This document shows positions 1 through 10,127 of a DNA stretch of 64,000 bases, in pieces (the first letter of the stretch is position 1; every line of letters starts with the position of its first letter). The notes under the pieces are model-generated. The model saw only the letters and a program-made list of their open reading frames with translations. It ran no database searches and had not been told where the DNA came from. The translations under genes and the position numbers were made by a program. The stretch is taken from positions 7,753-71,752 of the forward strand of contig CAYVXE010000002.1 in the NCBI GenBank assembly GCA_964455375.1, in the 5' to 3' direction. The DNA comes from an uncultured Calditrichaceae bacterium (GTDB taxonomy: Bacteria; Zhuqueibacterota; Zhuqueibacteria; Oceanimicrobiales; Oceanimicrobiaceae).

Positions 1-2
1 TG

Positions 3-887
3 CTCAACCGTGAAGCGATTAACTCCAAAGTGTTAGCAGCTTTCACGCCAAACTCAGAGTGGGTGTATTTTTCTCAAAACGAAGGTCTTTTTACTAATAA
101 GGTGGTTGCGATTGAAATTGATAATTCGGGACGGGTCTGGATTGGCACAGAAGGTCGCGGCGTAAAAGTGTTGGACTACAATGGCACGCTCAACGATAAA
201 AGCGATGATGATTTCTCCGGCAGTTTGACCCAGGCTGCGGATAATCTGTTTGACAACAAAATAACCGCTTTGGCAGAAGATAGAGATGGAACCATCTGGA
301 TTGGGACGGAACTTGGAATCAATTTTTGGTTTCAAGGGCAGGTAGGTGTACGTTTCGGTTTAATCAATGATTTTGTAAATACCATCGGGGTGGATGCGCG
401 AAACAACAAATGGTTTGGTACAGCTAAAGGAGTGAGTGTCTTAAATAACGATGGTGTCACATGGATGCATTATACCGTTGGCAACAGCCCTGTTGTCAGT
501 GAAGATATTCAATCTTTTGCCTTCAATGAAGAAAATGGTGACGTCTGGATTGGTACCACAAACGGGTTGTCGAAATTATCGACGCCATTCACGGCTCCGA
601 AGGAAAATTTAAGCTTACTTACTGGCTTTCCCAATCCATTTGAAATCAGGGGTGCCGGGGATATTTTCACAATAACGAATTTGTCAGAGAACATATCGGT
701 CAGTATTTTTTCCTCTTCAGGAAAACTCATTCGCTCATTTAAACAGTCAGATATCAGTGGTGCCCAGGTTTTTTGGGATGGAAGAAATTCTGACGGTAAT
801 TTTGTTGCCAGTGGCATATATGTCTATCTTGCATTCTCGGAAAGTAACATTTCAGCCAGCGGAAAAGTAGCGGTTATCCGCCGTTGA
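3..887 (+). CDS. Secreted beta-propeller repeat protein with T9SS C-terminal sorting domain (5' end cut by window edge)
   Basis: The frame is open from base 3 with no upstream stop, so the listed GTG at 30 is probably internal. It carries repeated VWIGT/IWIGT/KWFGT/VWIGT propeller-type repeats. The C-terminal ~85 aa (FPNPF...GIYVY...) resemble Por/T9SS sorting domains also seen at 37553-37854 and 39588-39889. Confidence 0.6.
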   Translation, partial: LNREAINSKVLAAFTPNSEWVYFSQNEGLFTNKVVAIEIDNSGRVWIGTEGRGVKVLDYNGTLNDKSDDDFSGSLTQAADNLFDNKITALAEDRDGTIWIGTELGINFWFQGQVGVRFGLINDFVNTIGVDARNNKWFGTAKGVSVLNNDGVTWMHYTVGNSPVVSEDIQSFAFNEENGDVWIGTTNGLSKLSTPFTAPKENLSLLTGFPNPFEIRGAGDIFTITNLSENISVSIFSSSGKLIRSFKQSDISGAQVFWDGRNSDGNFVASGIYVYLAFSESNISASGKVAVIRR

Positions 888-956
888 AAGTGTGGTCATT
901 GCAGGTCACCTGCGCAGAATATTTTCAATTAATTTAGTTTGATAACCATCTAACCT

Positions 957-2669
957 ATGTTAGAATCCTTAACAATAAAAAATTATGCTTTGCTTGCAGA
1001 TGTTGAGATTGAATTCAGCAGCGGTCTGAATATCCTGACGGGAGAAACCGGAGCCGGAAAATCCATTGTTGTTGGCGCTCTGAGTACAATATTAGGGGAG
1101 CGAGTTGATACGACCGTGGTACGGGATGACAGTTCCAAATCTGTGGTCGAAGGTGTTTTTCGCATAAAAAGCAATGAAGCCATTCATCAATTTCTGCAAA
1201 AAAATGATTTGATGACAGATGATAATAGTCAGTTGATTCTTCGTCGGGAGATTTTATCAAATGGGCGGTCACGCGCTTTTATAAATGATATGCCGGTGCA
1301 ACTGACACGACTACAGGAACTTGGTGACTACCTTGTGGATTTACATGGTCAACACGATCATCAATCATTACTTAAGACAAAAAAGCACTTGGATTTTATC
1401 GATGAGTTCGGGGATTTTGATAAATTAAGAAAGGAAGTGAGCGCTAAGCATCAACAATTACAGGAATTGTTGAACCGCTTAAAGCAACTTCAGGGTAAGC
1501 AAAAAGAAGCTGTGGAAAGAAGGGATTTACTGCAATTTCAAATCAGTGAAATTGATAACATTCATTTGTCCGTTGATGAAGAAGATGCTCTTTTAAAAGA
1601 AGAAAAAATACTACAAAATCATGAGCGTCTGTATGCGTTAACAAGCAGCCAATATATTGATCTTTATGAAGGTGAAGATTCGGTGGTTGAGAAACTCCAT
1701 CGACTTCAAAATAGTTTGTTGGAACTTGCTCAAATTGATGAACGGTTTTCGAATTACAATTCTGAATGTGAATCTGCACGTTTGGTAATTGAGGAGATTG
1801 CAATTCATTTTCAGAATTACCGGTTACATCTTGATTTTAACCCGAAAAAGTTGGAAGAGACCCAAAATCGTATTGCTGAAATAGCCGCACTAAAAAAGAA
1901 GTATAATCGTACAGTCGGGGAAATTCTCAGTTACTGCAATGAAATGAAAGCACAGCTTACCCACCTTGAGAATCTCGACGATGAAATAGAAAAACTTAAA
2001 AATAAGATTAGCATTGAGCAAGATGCTTTTAGTAAATGTTGCTTAGAGTTACATGAGTGCCGGGAAGCTGCAGGCAGCAGGTTAGAAAAGCTCATCCCTG
2101 AAATACTGAACTATTTGGGAATGCCGGAATCTCGTTTCAAAGTGATGCTTGAGTATCAGGATGATCCAACCGGGCTTGTTGTTCTGCAAGGTAAAGCCTA
2201 CCGTGCGAGTGCTTCTGGCATGGATATTGCAAACTTTTTTATCTCCACGAATATCGGCGAGGAACCGAAACCACTTGCGAAAGTTGCTTCTGGTGGTGAA
2301 ATCTCACGAATCATGTTGGCAATGAAGTCGGTGTTAGCGAAGAAGGGGTTAATTCCGATACTTGTTTTTGATGAAATTGATAACGGCGTATCCGGGAGAA
2401 TCGCCCGGGCTGTTGGACGTAAATTGCGGAATCTGTCTGAGTCGCATCAGGTAATTTGTATTACGCATTTGCCACAGATTGCAAGTATAGGTAATTCACA
2501 TTTGTATGTAGAAAAAATAGAAAAAAACGGCAGAACCGAAACAAGAATAAAGAGGTTAACTTCTGAAGAAAGAACCATTGCCATCGCAAAACTTCTGGCT
2601 GGTGACAATGTTACCGAATCGCATTTAAATAGTGCCCGTGAGTTGATGATGGAGGCATCTCGGGAGTAA
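957..2669 (+). CDS. recN: DNA repair protein RecN
   Basis: 570 aa. N-terminal Walker A LTGETGAGKSI, long central coiled coil, and C-terminal SMC-type signature ASGGEISRIMLA plus Walker B ILVFDEIDNGVSG. Confidence 0.95.
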   Translation: MLESLTIKNYALLADVEIEFSSGLNILTGETGAGKSIVVGALSTILGERVDTTVVRDDSSKSVVEGVFRIKSNEAIHQFLQKNDLMTDDNSQLILRREILSNGRSRAFINDMPVQLTRLQELGDYLVDLHGQHDHQSLLKTKKHLDFIDEFGDFDKLRKEVSAKHQQLQELLNRLKQLQGKQKEAVERRDLLQFQISEIDNIHLSVDEEDALLKEEKILQNHERLYALTSSQYIDLYEGEDSVVEKLHRLQNSLLELAQIDERFSNYNSECESARLVIEEIAIHFQNYRLHLDFNPKKLEETQNRIAEIAALKKKYNRTVGEILSYCNEMKAQLTHLENLDDEIEKLKNKISIEQDAFSKCCLELHECREAAGSRLEKLIPEILNYLGMPESRFKVMLEYQDDPTGLVVLQGKAYRASASGMDIANFFISTNIGEEPKPLAKVASGGEISRIMLAMKSVLAKKGLIPILVFDEIDNGVSGRIARAVGRKLRNLSESHQVICITHLPQIASIGNSHLYVEKIEKNGRTETRIKRLTSEERTIAIAKLLAGDNVTESHLNSARELMMEASRE

Positions 2670-2755
2670 ACCACAATTTATTTCTTGTATTATTCGCAAA
2701 AAGTTGTAAATTTTTAGGAACGTCGCATTTTATTAGGAATAAGGAGTACGCAATT

Positions 2756-3661
2756 ATGTCTAATTTAAGAAAAATCTTTGGAACGTCCGTCATGTCGCTG
2801 CTTTTAGTGATATGGGGGCTTTTTATGGTGTGTAGTGGACGCGTACCACAAGTCAATAACGGTGATGATTTTTCCGATGATGAATTTTATACGGACAGTA
2901 AACAGGGAGAGCAGAGTCAAAATTCAGATTTAATGAATCAACTGGCCGGGTTAGATGATGATTCTACAAGTTTAGAAGAATTTCAAAGGCGTGAAATTCT
3001 TGAGGCTCTCGGAATCGATGCCTCTCAGAAAAACAGTACCAATACAGATAAGTCTACTGGGCAATATTTGAATGAGGAAATGTTCCTGGATTTGGAAGTT
3101 GAAATAGCAGATTTAGAAAAAGAAGCTCGTAAAAAGGATCAGACCTTGGATAGTTTAAAGATGGAGATGCAAGAATCGGACATTCAGCTTGCGGCTTTGG
3201 ATAAAGTGGTTGAGGCTCCCGCTACGGCCTATGCGTTCAATGACAGGACCGCTCCTATTTATAATCCGGCTAATTTGAACTCGAATTCGGAGTACTCGCA
3301 GATGTACCAGGATGCAATGAATTCGGTTTATGCCCGTCAATATCCACAGGCGATTACAAGATTTCAGGATTTACTGAGATTGCCAAATTCGGAAAATTTG
3401 GCAGATAATTGTCAGTACTGGATAGGTGAGTGTTATTATGCCTTAGGTAATTACGAAATGGCCATTGCGGAATTTGAAAAGGTTTTTGCCTTCAACAAAA
3501 ACAATAAAGTCGATGATGCTCAGTTTATGATCGGTATGTCTTATGTTAAAATTGGTGAAAAAAATATGGCACAAATGGAATTGCTGAATTTGGTGTCATT
3601 CTTTCAAAACAGCGAATATATCAGCCGTGCTGAAAACAAAATTAGCGATTTGCGAATTTAA
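2756..3661 (+). CDS. YbgF/CpoB-like TPR protein with N-terminal membrane anchor or signal, acidic linker and coiled coil
   Basis: SD AAGGAG lies upstream. Hydrophobic N-terminus and coiled-coil middle. The C-terminal TPR block CQYWIGECYYALGNYEMAIAEFEKV...DDAQFMIGMSY resembles the C-terminus of the 62386-63639 product. Confidence 0.6.
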   Translation: MSNLRKIFGTSVMSLLLVIWGLFMVCSGRVPQVNNGDDFSDDEFYTDSKQGEQSQNSDLMNQLAGLDDDSTSLEEFQRREILEALGIDASQKNSTNTDKSTGQYLNEEMFLDLEVEIADLEKEARKKDQTLDSLKMEMQESDIQLAALDKVVEAPATAYAFNDRTAPIYNPANLNSNSEYSQMYQDAMNSVYARQYPQAITRFQDLLRLPNSENLADNCQYWIGECYYALGNYEMAIAEFEKVFAFNKNNKVDDAQFMIGMSYVKIGEKNMAQMELLNLVSFFQNSEYISRAENKISDLRI

Positions 3662-3690
3662 ACTTATTTGACATTCAATCGATTCTAAAG

Positions 3691-3725
3691 AGGTTGTCAT
3701 ATTTTTGGCAACCTTTTTTTATTTT
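3691..3725 (+). terminator. Rho-independent terminator after the TPR gene
   Basis: 9-bp stem aggttgtca (3691-3699) / tggcaacct (3706-3714) with one U.G pair, a 6-nt loop, then TTTTTTATTTT. Confidence 0.7.
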
Positions 3726-3831
3726 AGGATAAAACATGAGATACTTTTAAAAAAACTATTTTTTCTTTTTATTAATTTGAATATATTAGTCACATGAATC
3801 TAATTTATTAAACCTTCATTTATATTGCTTT

Positions 3832-6800
3832 ATGTCAAAATATATTCATCTCCATAATCATTCCCATTATAGCCTGCTCGACGGAGCCTGCCGCATCCCT
3901 GACTTGGTTGATGCCGCTGTTCAAAGTGATATGCCCGCCTTAGCGCTAACAGACCACGGCAACATGTTCGGTGCCATCGAATTTTATAAGACGGCAAAGA
4001 AAATGGGCATTAAACCGATTATCGGTGTGGAAGCGTATGTAGCGCCCCGCAGTCGAAAAGATAGGAAAGCGCCCACCGGCGTTGCAGATACGTCATTTCA
4101 CCTTGTATTGCTGGCGAAAAACTTTGTCGGTTACCAAAATTTGATGCGACTGGTTTCGATTGGATATTTGGAGGGATTTTATTACCGACCTCGTGTCGAT
4201 AAAGAAATGTTACAAAAATATCATGAGGGAATTATCGCTTTGTCTGCATGCTTGAAGGGAGAAGTTCCTTATTATTTACTCCATAGAGGGTACGATGCAG
4301 CGAAGAAATCAGCCGAGCAATATAGAGACATCTTTGGTGATGATTATTACCTCGAACTGCAAAATCATGGCATTAAAGAAGAAGATGAAGCGCGGAAAGG
4401 AGTTGTCGAGTTAAGCCAGGAGCTCAGTATTCCCCTGGTCATTACAAATGACATTCATTATTTAAAAAAAGAACATTATTCACCGCACGATGTTCTTATT
4501 TGTTTGCAAACCGGAAAAAATCGGGATGATCCAAAACGGCTGCGGTATACGACAGACGAGATTTATTTTAAGACACAGTCTGAAATGGAAAACACGTTCA
4601 GCGGTTTTGAGGAAGCATTGAATACAACTGCCGATATTGCCGACAAATGCGATCTGGTCATCGATTTTAAGACCTTGTACCTGCCGAAATATGAAATTCC
4701 AGAAGAAGAGCCGTGCGACGTTCTGGACGATTATCTGGAAAAACTCGTTTATGAAGGCGCCCGCAAGCGCTTTGGCGAGATTACTCAGGATGTCGAAGAA
4801 CGTCTAAAACATGAATTAGGCATTATCAAAACCATGAGGTACCCGGGTTACTTTCTCATTGTGATGGATTTTATCAAATATGCTAAAAGCAAAGGCATTC
4901 CGGTGGGCCCCGGTCGTGGTTCTGCTGCCGGCAGTCTGGTTTCCTATTGTCTGGAAATCACGAATATTAACCCGCTGCAGTACAATTTAATTTTCGAAAG
5001 ATTTCTAAATCCGGAACGTGTTACTATGCCGGATATCGATATTGATTTTTGCTATGAACGCCGGGAAGAAATTATTCAATATGTCAAAGAGAAGTACGGC
5101 GAGAAAAATGTCAGCCAAATTATCACCTTCGGAACCATGGCCGCACGTGCGGTGATTCGTGATGTGGGCAGGGTGTTGAATTTAGCTTACAGCGAAGTGG
5201 ACAGGATTGCAAAAATGATTCCCGCCACGCCTGGAATGACCCTTTCCAAAGCATTTGAAGTTGTACCTGAGATTAAAAAACTTGCCGATCAGGATGAAAT
5301 CCATCGGGAGTTGATTGACTACTCTGAAGTTTTAGAAGGGCTGGCCAGACATGCGTCCACGCATGCGGCCGGTGTTGTGATCACTCCGGAAGAACTGACA
5401 AACTACACGCCGCTTTACAGATCTTCGGAGGGAGATGTGACAACGCAGTATGATATGCGCATTCTCGAGGAGATCGGTGTGCTGAAAATGGATTTTTTGG
5501 GACTGAGAACTCTGACCGTCCTGCAGAAAGCCGTTGACACGATTAATAAGACCCGCGGAGAAGAAATTGTTCTCAATGATATTCCGTTAGACGATCAGGA
5601 AACCTTTGAGCTGTTCGCCAAAGGTGAAACGGTGGGTATTTTTCAATTTGAAAGTTCAGGCATGCGGGAATATTTAAGAAAACTCAAACCTCAGGTTTTT
5701 GATGATCTCATTGCTATGAATGCGCTGTATCGACCAGGTCCCATGAACTGGATCGATGATTTCATCGCCCGTAAACATGGTAAGAAAAAGATCGATTATC
5801 CGCACCCGCTCATGGAGCCGATCCTCAAAGAAACTTACGGGGTTATCGTTTACCAGGAGCAAGTCATGCGCATTGCCAGCCAGCTTGGCGGATTCAGCAT
5901 GGGGAAAGCGGATTTGCTCAGACGCGCCATGGGAAAGAAAAAGAAAGAGCTCATGGCCGAACAACGTCAATTATTTATAAAAGGGTGTGCGGAAAAAAAT
6001 ATCGACAAAAAATTAGCGGATGATATTTTTGATTTGATGGCAAAATTTGCAGGTTACGGTTTTGTGAAACCACACTCAACCTGTTATGCTCTCGTAGCTT
6101 TTCAAACGGCTTATCTGAAAAGGCATTATCCTGCTGAGTTTATGGCTGCAACTCTTTCCAGTGAAATGGGTACAACAAACCGTGTGGTTATTTTAATTGA
6201 TGAATGTAAACGCATGGGGATAAAGGTCCTGCCGCCGGATGTGAACGAAAGTTTATTTGAATTCAGTGTTCAGGGCGGGAACATTCGCTTTGGTCTGGGT
6301 GCAGTAAAAAATGTCGGAAGGAACGCGATCGAAAGTATTGTTGAAGCCCGGGAAAAGAGCGGCAAGTTTAAAAATATTTTTGAATTTGCAGAACGAGTGA
6401 ACGGTAGATTAGTAAATAAGAAAGTACTCGAAAGTTTAATTCAAGCTGGCGCGATGGATTCTTTAGATGGGCATCGTGCGCAACAGTTGCAAGCGGTTGA
6501 AATAATGGTACAATTTTCACAATCTGTGCAATCTCAAAAAAATCATCGTCAGCCTTCTTTATTTGATAAAAGCTCGGAAGCATCGTTGTCCTATCCCAAG
6601 TTACCGGTGGTTACTCCATGGAATGATGCGCAAAAACTTTCTCTTGAGAAAGCATTGCTTGGCTTTTACGTGTCAGGTCACCCGCTCGAAAGATTCCGGG
6701 AAGAAATTGAAGGATTTGCAACTGCTTCCACGAATGATTTGGTTAATTTCAAAGAAAATACAATGGTTAAAGTTTGCGGCATTGTAACGGAGTGCAAAAA

Positions 6801-7260
6801 TATCTTGGATAGAAAAAATAAATCCATGGCATTTGTGACTCTTGAAGACTTTCAAGGAACGGTGGAAAGCATTGTTTTCTCCAGTGTCTATGAAAAATAT
6901 CGGGAGCTTCTGCAACCAGATGCGATGATTCTCATCGCCGGCCGGCTCAGTTTGAAAGACGATGAAAAACCTAAAATTCTTTGTGAAAAGGTCATTCCTC
7001 TGGCGACCATTTGGGAGAGTTACGGTAAGAATCTTTATTTGACCATGGATCATTTAGGTGTAGATGATCCGGCATTAAACGAAGTGAAAAGTATTGTTTT
7101 ACAAAATCCAGGAAAATGTAATTTATATTTTCATATAAAAACGTCTAAAAATGGCAAGCAGCTAATAAGATCTAAGAAATTAAAAATCAGACCTTCCATG
7201 GATGTATTGTCTCGACTTCGTACAATTCTCGGTCGTGAAAATGTTTCCCTGGAAGGTTAA
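3832..7260 (+). CDS. dnaE: DNA polymerase III alpha subunit
   Basis: 1142 aa. N-terminal PHP domain HLHNHSHYSLLDG, polymerase core PDIDIDF and FQFES motifs, and a C-terminal OB fold. Confidence 0.97.
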   Translation: MSKYIHLHNHSHYSLLDGACRIPDLVDAAVQSDMPALALTDHGNMFGAIEFYKTAKKMGIKPIIGVEAYVAPRSRKDRKAPTGVADTSFHLVLLAKNFVGYQNLMRLVSIGYLEGFYYRPRVDKEMLQKYHEGIIALSACLKGEVPYYLLHRGYDAAKKSAEQYRDIFGDDYYLELQNHGIKEEDEARKGVVELSQELSIPLVITNDIHYLKKEHYSPHDVLICLQTGKNRDDPKRLRYTTDEIYFKTQSEMENTFSGFEEALNTTADIADKCDLVIDFKTLYLPKYEIPEEEPCDVLDDYLEKLVYEGARKRFGEITQDVEERLKHELGIIKTMRYPGYFLIVMDFIKYAKSKGIPVGPGRGSAAGSLVSYCLEITNINPLQYNLIFERFLNPERVTMPDIDIDFCYERREEIIQYVKEKYGEKNVSQIITFGTMAARAVIRDVGRVLNLAYSEVDRIAKMIPATPGMTLSKAFEVVPEIKKLADQDEIHRELIDYSEVLEGLARHASTHAAGVVITPEELTNYTPLYRSSEGDVTTQYDMRILEEIGVLKMDFLGLRTLTVLQKAVDTINKTRGEEIVLNDIPLDDQETFELFAKGETVGIFQFESSGMREYLRKLKPQVFDDLIAMNALYRPGPMNWIDDFIARKHGKKKIDYPHPLMEPILKETYGVIVYQEQVMRIASQLGGFSMGKADLLRRAMGKKKKELMAEQRQLFIKGCAEKNIDKKLADDIFDLMAKFAGYGFVKPHSTCYALVAFQTAYLKRHYPAEFMAATLSSEMGTTNRVVILIDECKRMGIKVLPPDVNESLFEFSVQGGNIRFGLGAVKNVGRNAIESIVEAREKSGKFKNIFEFAERVNGRLVNKKVLESLIQAGAMDSLDGHRAQQLQAVEIMVQFSQSVQSQKNHRQPSLFDKSSEASLSYPKLPVVTPWNDAQKLSLEKALLGFYVSGHPLERFREEIEGFATASTNDLVNFKENTMVKVCGIVTECKNILDRKNKSMAFVTLEDFQGTVESIVFSSVYEKYRELLQPDAMILIAGRLSLKDDEKPKILCEKVIPLATIWESYGKNLYLTMDHLGVDDPALNEVKSIVLQNPGKCNLYFHIKTSKNGKQLIRSKKLKIRPSMDVLSRLRTILGRENVSLEG

Positions 7261-7308
7261 ACGGTTGGAGTTTATGTATTCATTCGTACCCTTTGAAAGG
7301 AGAGGCGC

Positions 7309-7899
7309 ATGGAAAAAATTGTTGAGCGGGCAAAAAATATTATTTTAAATCCCCGAAAAGCTTTGTCGGACGTCAAATCTGAACAGATGGATATCGCAAC
7401 CACGATGAAAGAATATGTCGTTTATATTGCAGCAGTGCCGGCTGTGGCCATGTTTATTGGGCGTGCGTTAGTCGGACACCCGCTGCTGGGGCGGCAAAAT
7501 TTTTTCCGTTCTTTGCTTTATTCGGTACTGTGGTATGTTTTAGCTTTAGTGGGTGTTTTCGTTTTCAGTAAGATTATCAACGCTCTTGCACCTAATTTTG
7601 ATTCTGTAAAGAATGAACTTAATGCGTTTAAACTGGTTGTGTACGCCTGGACGCCGGCATTTGTTTCCGGGGCATTTAATATTATTCCGGCATTGAGTAT
7701 TCTTGCTTTATTAGGGGCATTATATGGACTTTACCTTTTATATCTTGGTTTGCCGCTTCTCATGGAAACGCCTCCTGAAAAAGCTCTGACGTATACGATA
7801 GTTAGTATTGTGTCAGGTATCATTATTATGGTTATTATTAATGCGATTGCCATCTCCATTGCCTTTGGCGCAGGAGGCTCGGGTTATTCCGTTTATTAA
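7309..7899 (+). CDS. Yip1/DUF1282-like integral membrane protein
   Basis: 196 aa with a soluble N-terminus followed by about five hydrophobic helices. SD GGAGAGG lies upstream. The family call rests on general resemblance only. Confidence 0.55.
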   Translation: MEKIVERAKNIILNPRKALSDVKSEQMDIATTMKEYVVYIAAVPAVAMFIGRALVGHPLLGRQNFFRSLLYSVLWYVLALVGVFVFSKIINALAPNFDSVKNELNAFKLVVYAWTPAFVSGAFNIIPALSILALLGALYGLYLLYLGLPLLMETPPEKALTYTIVSIVSGIIIMVIINAIAISIAFGAGGSGYSVY

Positions 7900-8045
7900 G
7901 CGTTTTAAAAATGGGCTGGCCAAAGAGACTTTCGAAAAAGTTGAAAGCAAATAAATCTTGATGTGGAACATTGTCGAAGTTTATGATAGGACAATGCGTT
8001 ACAGCTTTTTACCCCGCTCAGGCTGAAGTAAGAAACGATTTTTTT

Positions 8046-8086
8046 GACAGTCTCGACGAGAACGTTTCACACTCGTTGGGGCTGTC
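8046..8086 (+). other. Strand-specific RNA hairpin inside a 480-bp non-coding gap
   Basis: 15-bp stem 8046-8060 / 8072-8086 with an 11-nt loop. Its three non-Watson-Crick positions are all G.U on the plus strand and would be A.C on the minus strand. Confidence 0.3.
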
Positions 8087-8381
8087 TAAAATACCCCGAT
8101 TTGTCATTCCGGCCGTAGGCAGGAATCTGGCAAAGCGCTAATCATTATAGTCTAAACGATGTGCCTGCAAATTCGTTTTCCACGTTAGCCATTCCATCTT
8201 ACACATCCGTATTTCGAACCCGTAACTTTTTTGGTTTTAATCGCATTCAGACGGATGGTATAATAATCCTAAATACTTGTAATAAAAGCATATAACTCTG
8301 ATAGATATTTTCTGGTACGTCTTTTGCCAAAGCGAATGTTGAGGAAATTATTTATCATGATGTTTAACCCTGGAGGCAACT

Positions 8382-9365
8382 ATGAGAAAATTCGCTTTTG
8401 CACTGATTTTATCGTTATGTTTTTCTGCTTTGGCTTTTGCAAAAGAGACCGCAAACGTTATTAAAGTGAACGGCAAATACGCTATTATAAATAAGGGTAT
8501 CAACCAGGGAATTAATAATCAGCAGCTTTTTACTGTTCAGCGGTCTATAAATGGGACAACACAAAACATCGGGGATGTTCGGGTGATACGAACCACGCCA
8601 AATCGTGCGGCAGTGGAACTATTGGCTCAGAGAAAAGGCCGAAAATTGGCGATTGGCGATGTCCTATATTTTAAGGGAAAATATAAACCAAGAACACAGG
8701 TCGTTCAGTCTGTGCCGTTGAACACTGTAAAAAAGTCAGAGCAAAAATACCGCAACTACCAAAAAACTCAGAATGGATCTTCCATAAAACCCATCAAAGA
8801 GCCAAATCGAATTCCGGAGACTAAAGAGGCTAATTCCACAGATGTGCATTATCGTAATCCGGTCACAAAAATCAAAAAACCCTGGATTGAATTCAACACC
8901 GGCTTCATATTTCCAAATGGCGCTTTGGCAACCTCTTATTTACCCAAGTTAAAAATGGGTGGTAGTTATATGGTCGCGGCCGGTAAAAATACGAATGTGG
9001 GTATTGAATTAAATAATACATTTGTAAGTGGAACAGCATCCGGAAATTTTGATATTTCAGAACTCAGTACGGAATCCTCATCCCTGTTTGAAGCGTTTGT
9101 CGTCATGCAGAGATTTTTTGGACGCTACTTTTTTGTTGAAACGGGTGGAGGTATTTACCGCCCCAAAATTCAAACCGTAAACGTGGATGGCGTGAGGGCG
9201 TCATTTTCATCGACACATTTCGGTTTGTTCGGCGGTACCGGCGTTTTTATACCCACAAGCCCTTATGCGGGGTTAAGCCTAAAAACACGTTTCAATAATT
9301 ATTTTGACCGTACGTCGAAGAGTTATTTTGGATTCACGGGAGGGTTCAGGTTTAAGATAAATTAA
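8382..9365 (+). CDS. Hypothetical outer-membrane beta-barrel protein with signal peptide
   Basis: Signal peptide MRKFAFALILSLCFSALAFA. The C-terminal half has alternating hydrophobic beta-strand pattern and ends in an aromatic-rich FGFTGGFRFKIN typical of OMP C-termini. SD GGAGG lies upstream. Confidence 0.45.
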   Translation: MRKFAFALILSLCFSALAFAKETANVIKVNGKYAIINKGINQGINNQQLFTVQRSINGTTQNIGDVRVIRTTPNRAAVELLAQRKGRKLAIGDVLYFKGKYKPRTQVVQSVPLNTVKKSEQKYRNYQKTQNGSSIKPIKEPNRIPETKEANSTDVHYRNPVTKIKKPWIEFNTGFIFPNGALATSYLPKLKMGGSYMVAAGKNTNVGIELNNTFVSGTASGNFDISELSTESSSLFEAFVVMQRFFGRYFFVETGGGIYRPKIQTVNVDGVRASFSSTHFGLFGGTGVFIPTSPYAGLSLKTRFNNYFDRTSKSYFGFTGGFRFKIN

Positions 9366-9379
9366 GATTGGAAAAATCG

Positions 9380-9432
9380 GCCTCAGTATCAAGATGTTGA
9401 ACGAGTTGCTTGTCCCAAATTGATACTGAGGC
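9380..9432. repeat. Perfect 13-bp inverted repeat with 27-nt spacer
   Basis: gcctcagtatcaa (9380-9392) pairs with ttgatactgaggc (9420-9432). No T-run follows. Confidence 0.5.
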
Positions 9433-9505
9433 TCTAATTAAGGAGGAACATCTTTGAAACTCTGTTGAACGTTATCGTCTTTTGGCTTTGAAACTTTAGT
9501 AAAAG

Positions 9506-9537
9506 TGTCCGGGTTTTTTACCCGGGCATTTTTTTTT
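9506..9537 (+). terminator. Rho-independent terminator
   Basis: Stem tgtccgggt (9506-9514) / acccgggca (9520-9528), a 5-nt U loop, followed by nine T (9529-9537). Confidence 0.75.
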
Positions 9538-9589
9538 GGAGCCTTTAAGATATTATTTAACTTTTGCAAAAATCAGTTTAAATTTTCAC

Positions 9590-9618
9590 TTGACTATCGT
9601 TTTAAATATTATTATTAT
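9590..9618 (+). promoter_or_regulatory. Candidate sigma70-type promoter of the nuo cluster
   Basis: TTGACT (9590-9595), 17-nt spacer, TATTAT (9613-9618), about 50 nt upstream of the nuoA start. Confidence 0.35.
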
Positions 9619-9670
9619 TATCCGTTGTTGAGGCTCTATAAGTTGTTTCCCACGAAACTAAAGGAATCAG

Positions 9671-10060
9671 ATGCTTATTAATTTTGCTAGCGTTTTAATT
9701 TTTATCCTGTTCAGTGTCCTGTTCGTCGGGTTTAATTTTCTGTTATCACGCTTCATTCAGCCCCGTAATCCCAACCCTGTAAAGTTAAGTACTTACGAGT
9801 GTGGAGAAATCGCCGAAGGAGATTCCTGGATTCAATTCAATATTCGTTTTTACGTCATCGCGTTAGCTTTCCTGATTTTTGATGTTGAAATTGTCTTTCT
9901 CTTTCCATGGGCTGTTGTATTTAAAAATCTCGGTGTTTTTTCTTTTATCGAAATGATGGTGTTTGTTTTTATGTTGCTTGTTGGTTTGGCTTACGTTTGG
10001 GCGAAAGGTGATTTAGAATGGGACAAACCGGAAGAGGTCCCGGCACAGGAGATGTTTTAG
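9671..10060 (+). CDS. nuoA: NADH-quinone oxidoreductase subunit A
   Basis: 129 aa with three TM helices. ND3/NuoA motifs YECG and FDVEIVFLFPWA. Confidence 0.9.
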   Translation: MLINFASVLIFILFSVLFVGFNFLLSRFIQPRNPNPVKLSTYECGEIAEGDSWIQFNIRFYVIALAFLIFDVEIVFLFPWAVVFKNLGVFSFIEMMVFVFMLLVGLAYVWAKGDLEWDKPEEVPAQEMF

Positions 10061-10127
10061 TGATCGCGAACACGGTTTATCGTTTATTAGCCTCGCATTA
10101 GGAGGGGAAAGGATACCATACTAAGGA

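Noticed and set aside
8105-8132. gtcattccggccgtaggcaggaatc, which resembles short palindromic 'cattcc...ggaat' intergenic motifs seen in other bacteria.
   Set aside because: There is only one copy in the window and only 5 bp of real complementarity. That is not enough to call a repeat family.
9601-9622. Short (tta/tat)n microsatellite-like run, attattattattat, upstream of nuoA.
   Set aside because: It has only about five units in an AT-rich promoter region. It is neither a CRISPR array nor a meaningful tandem repeat, and part of it is used as the candidate -10 box.
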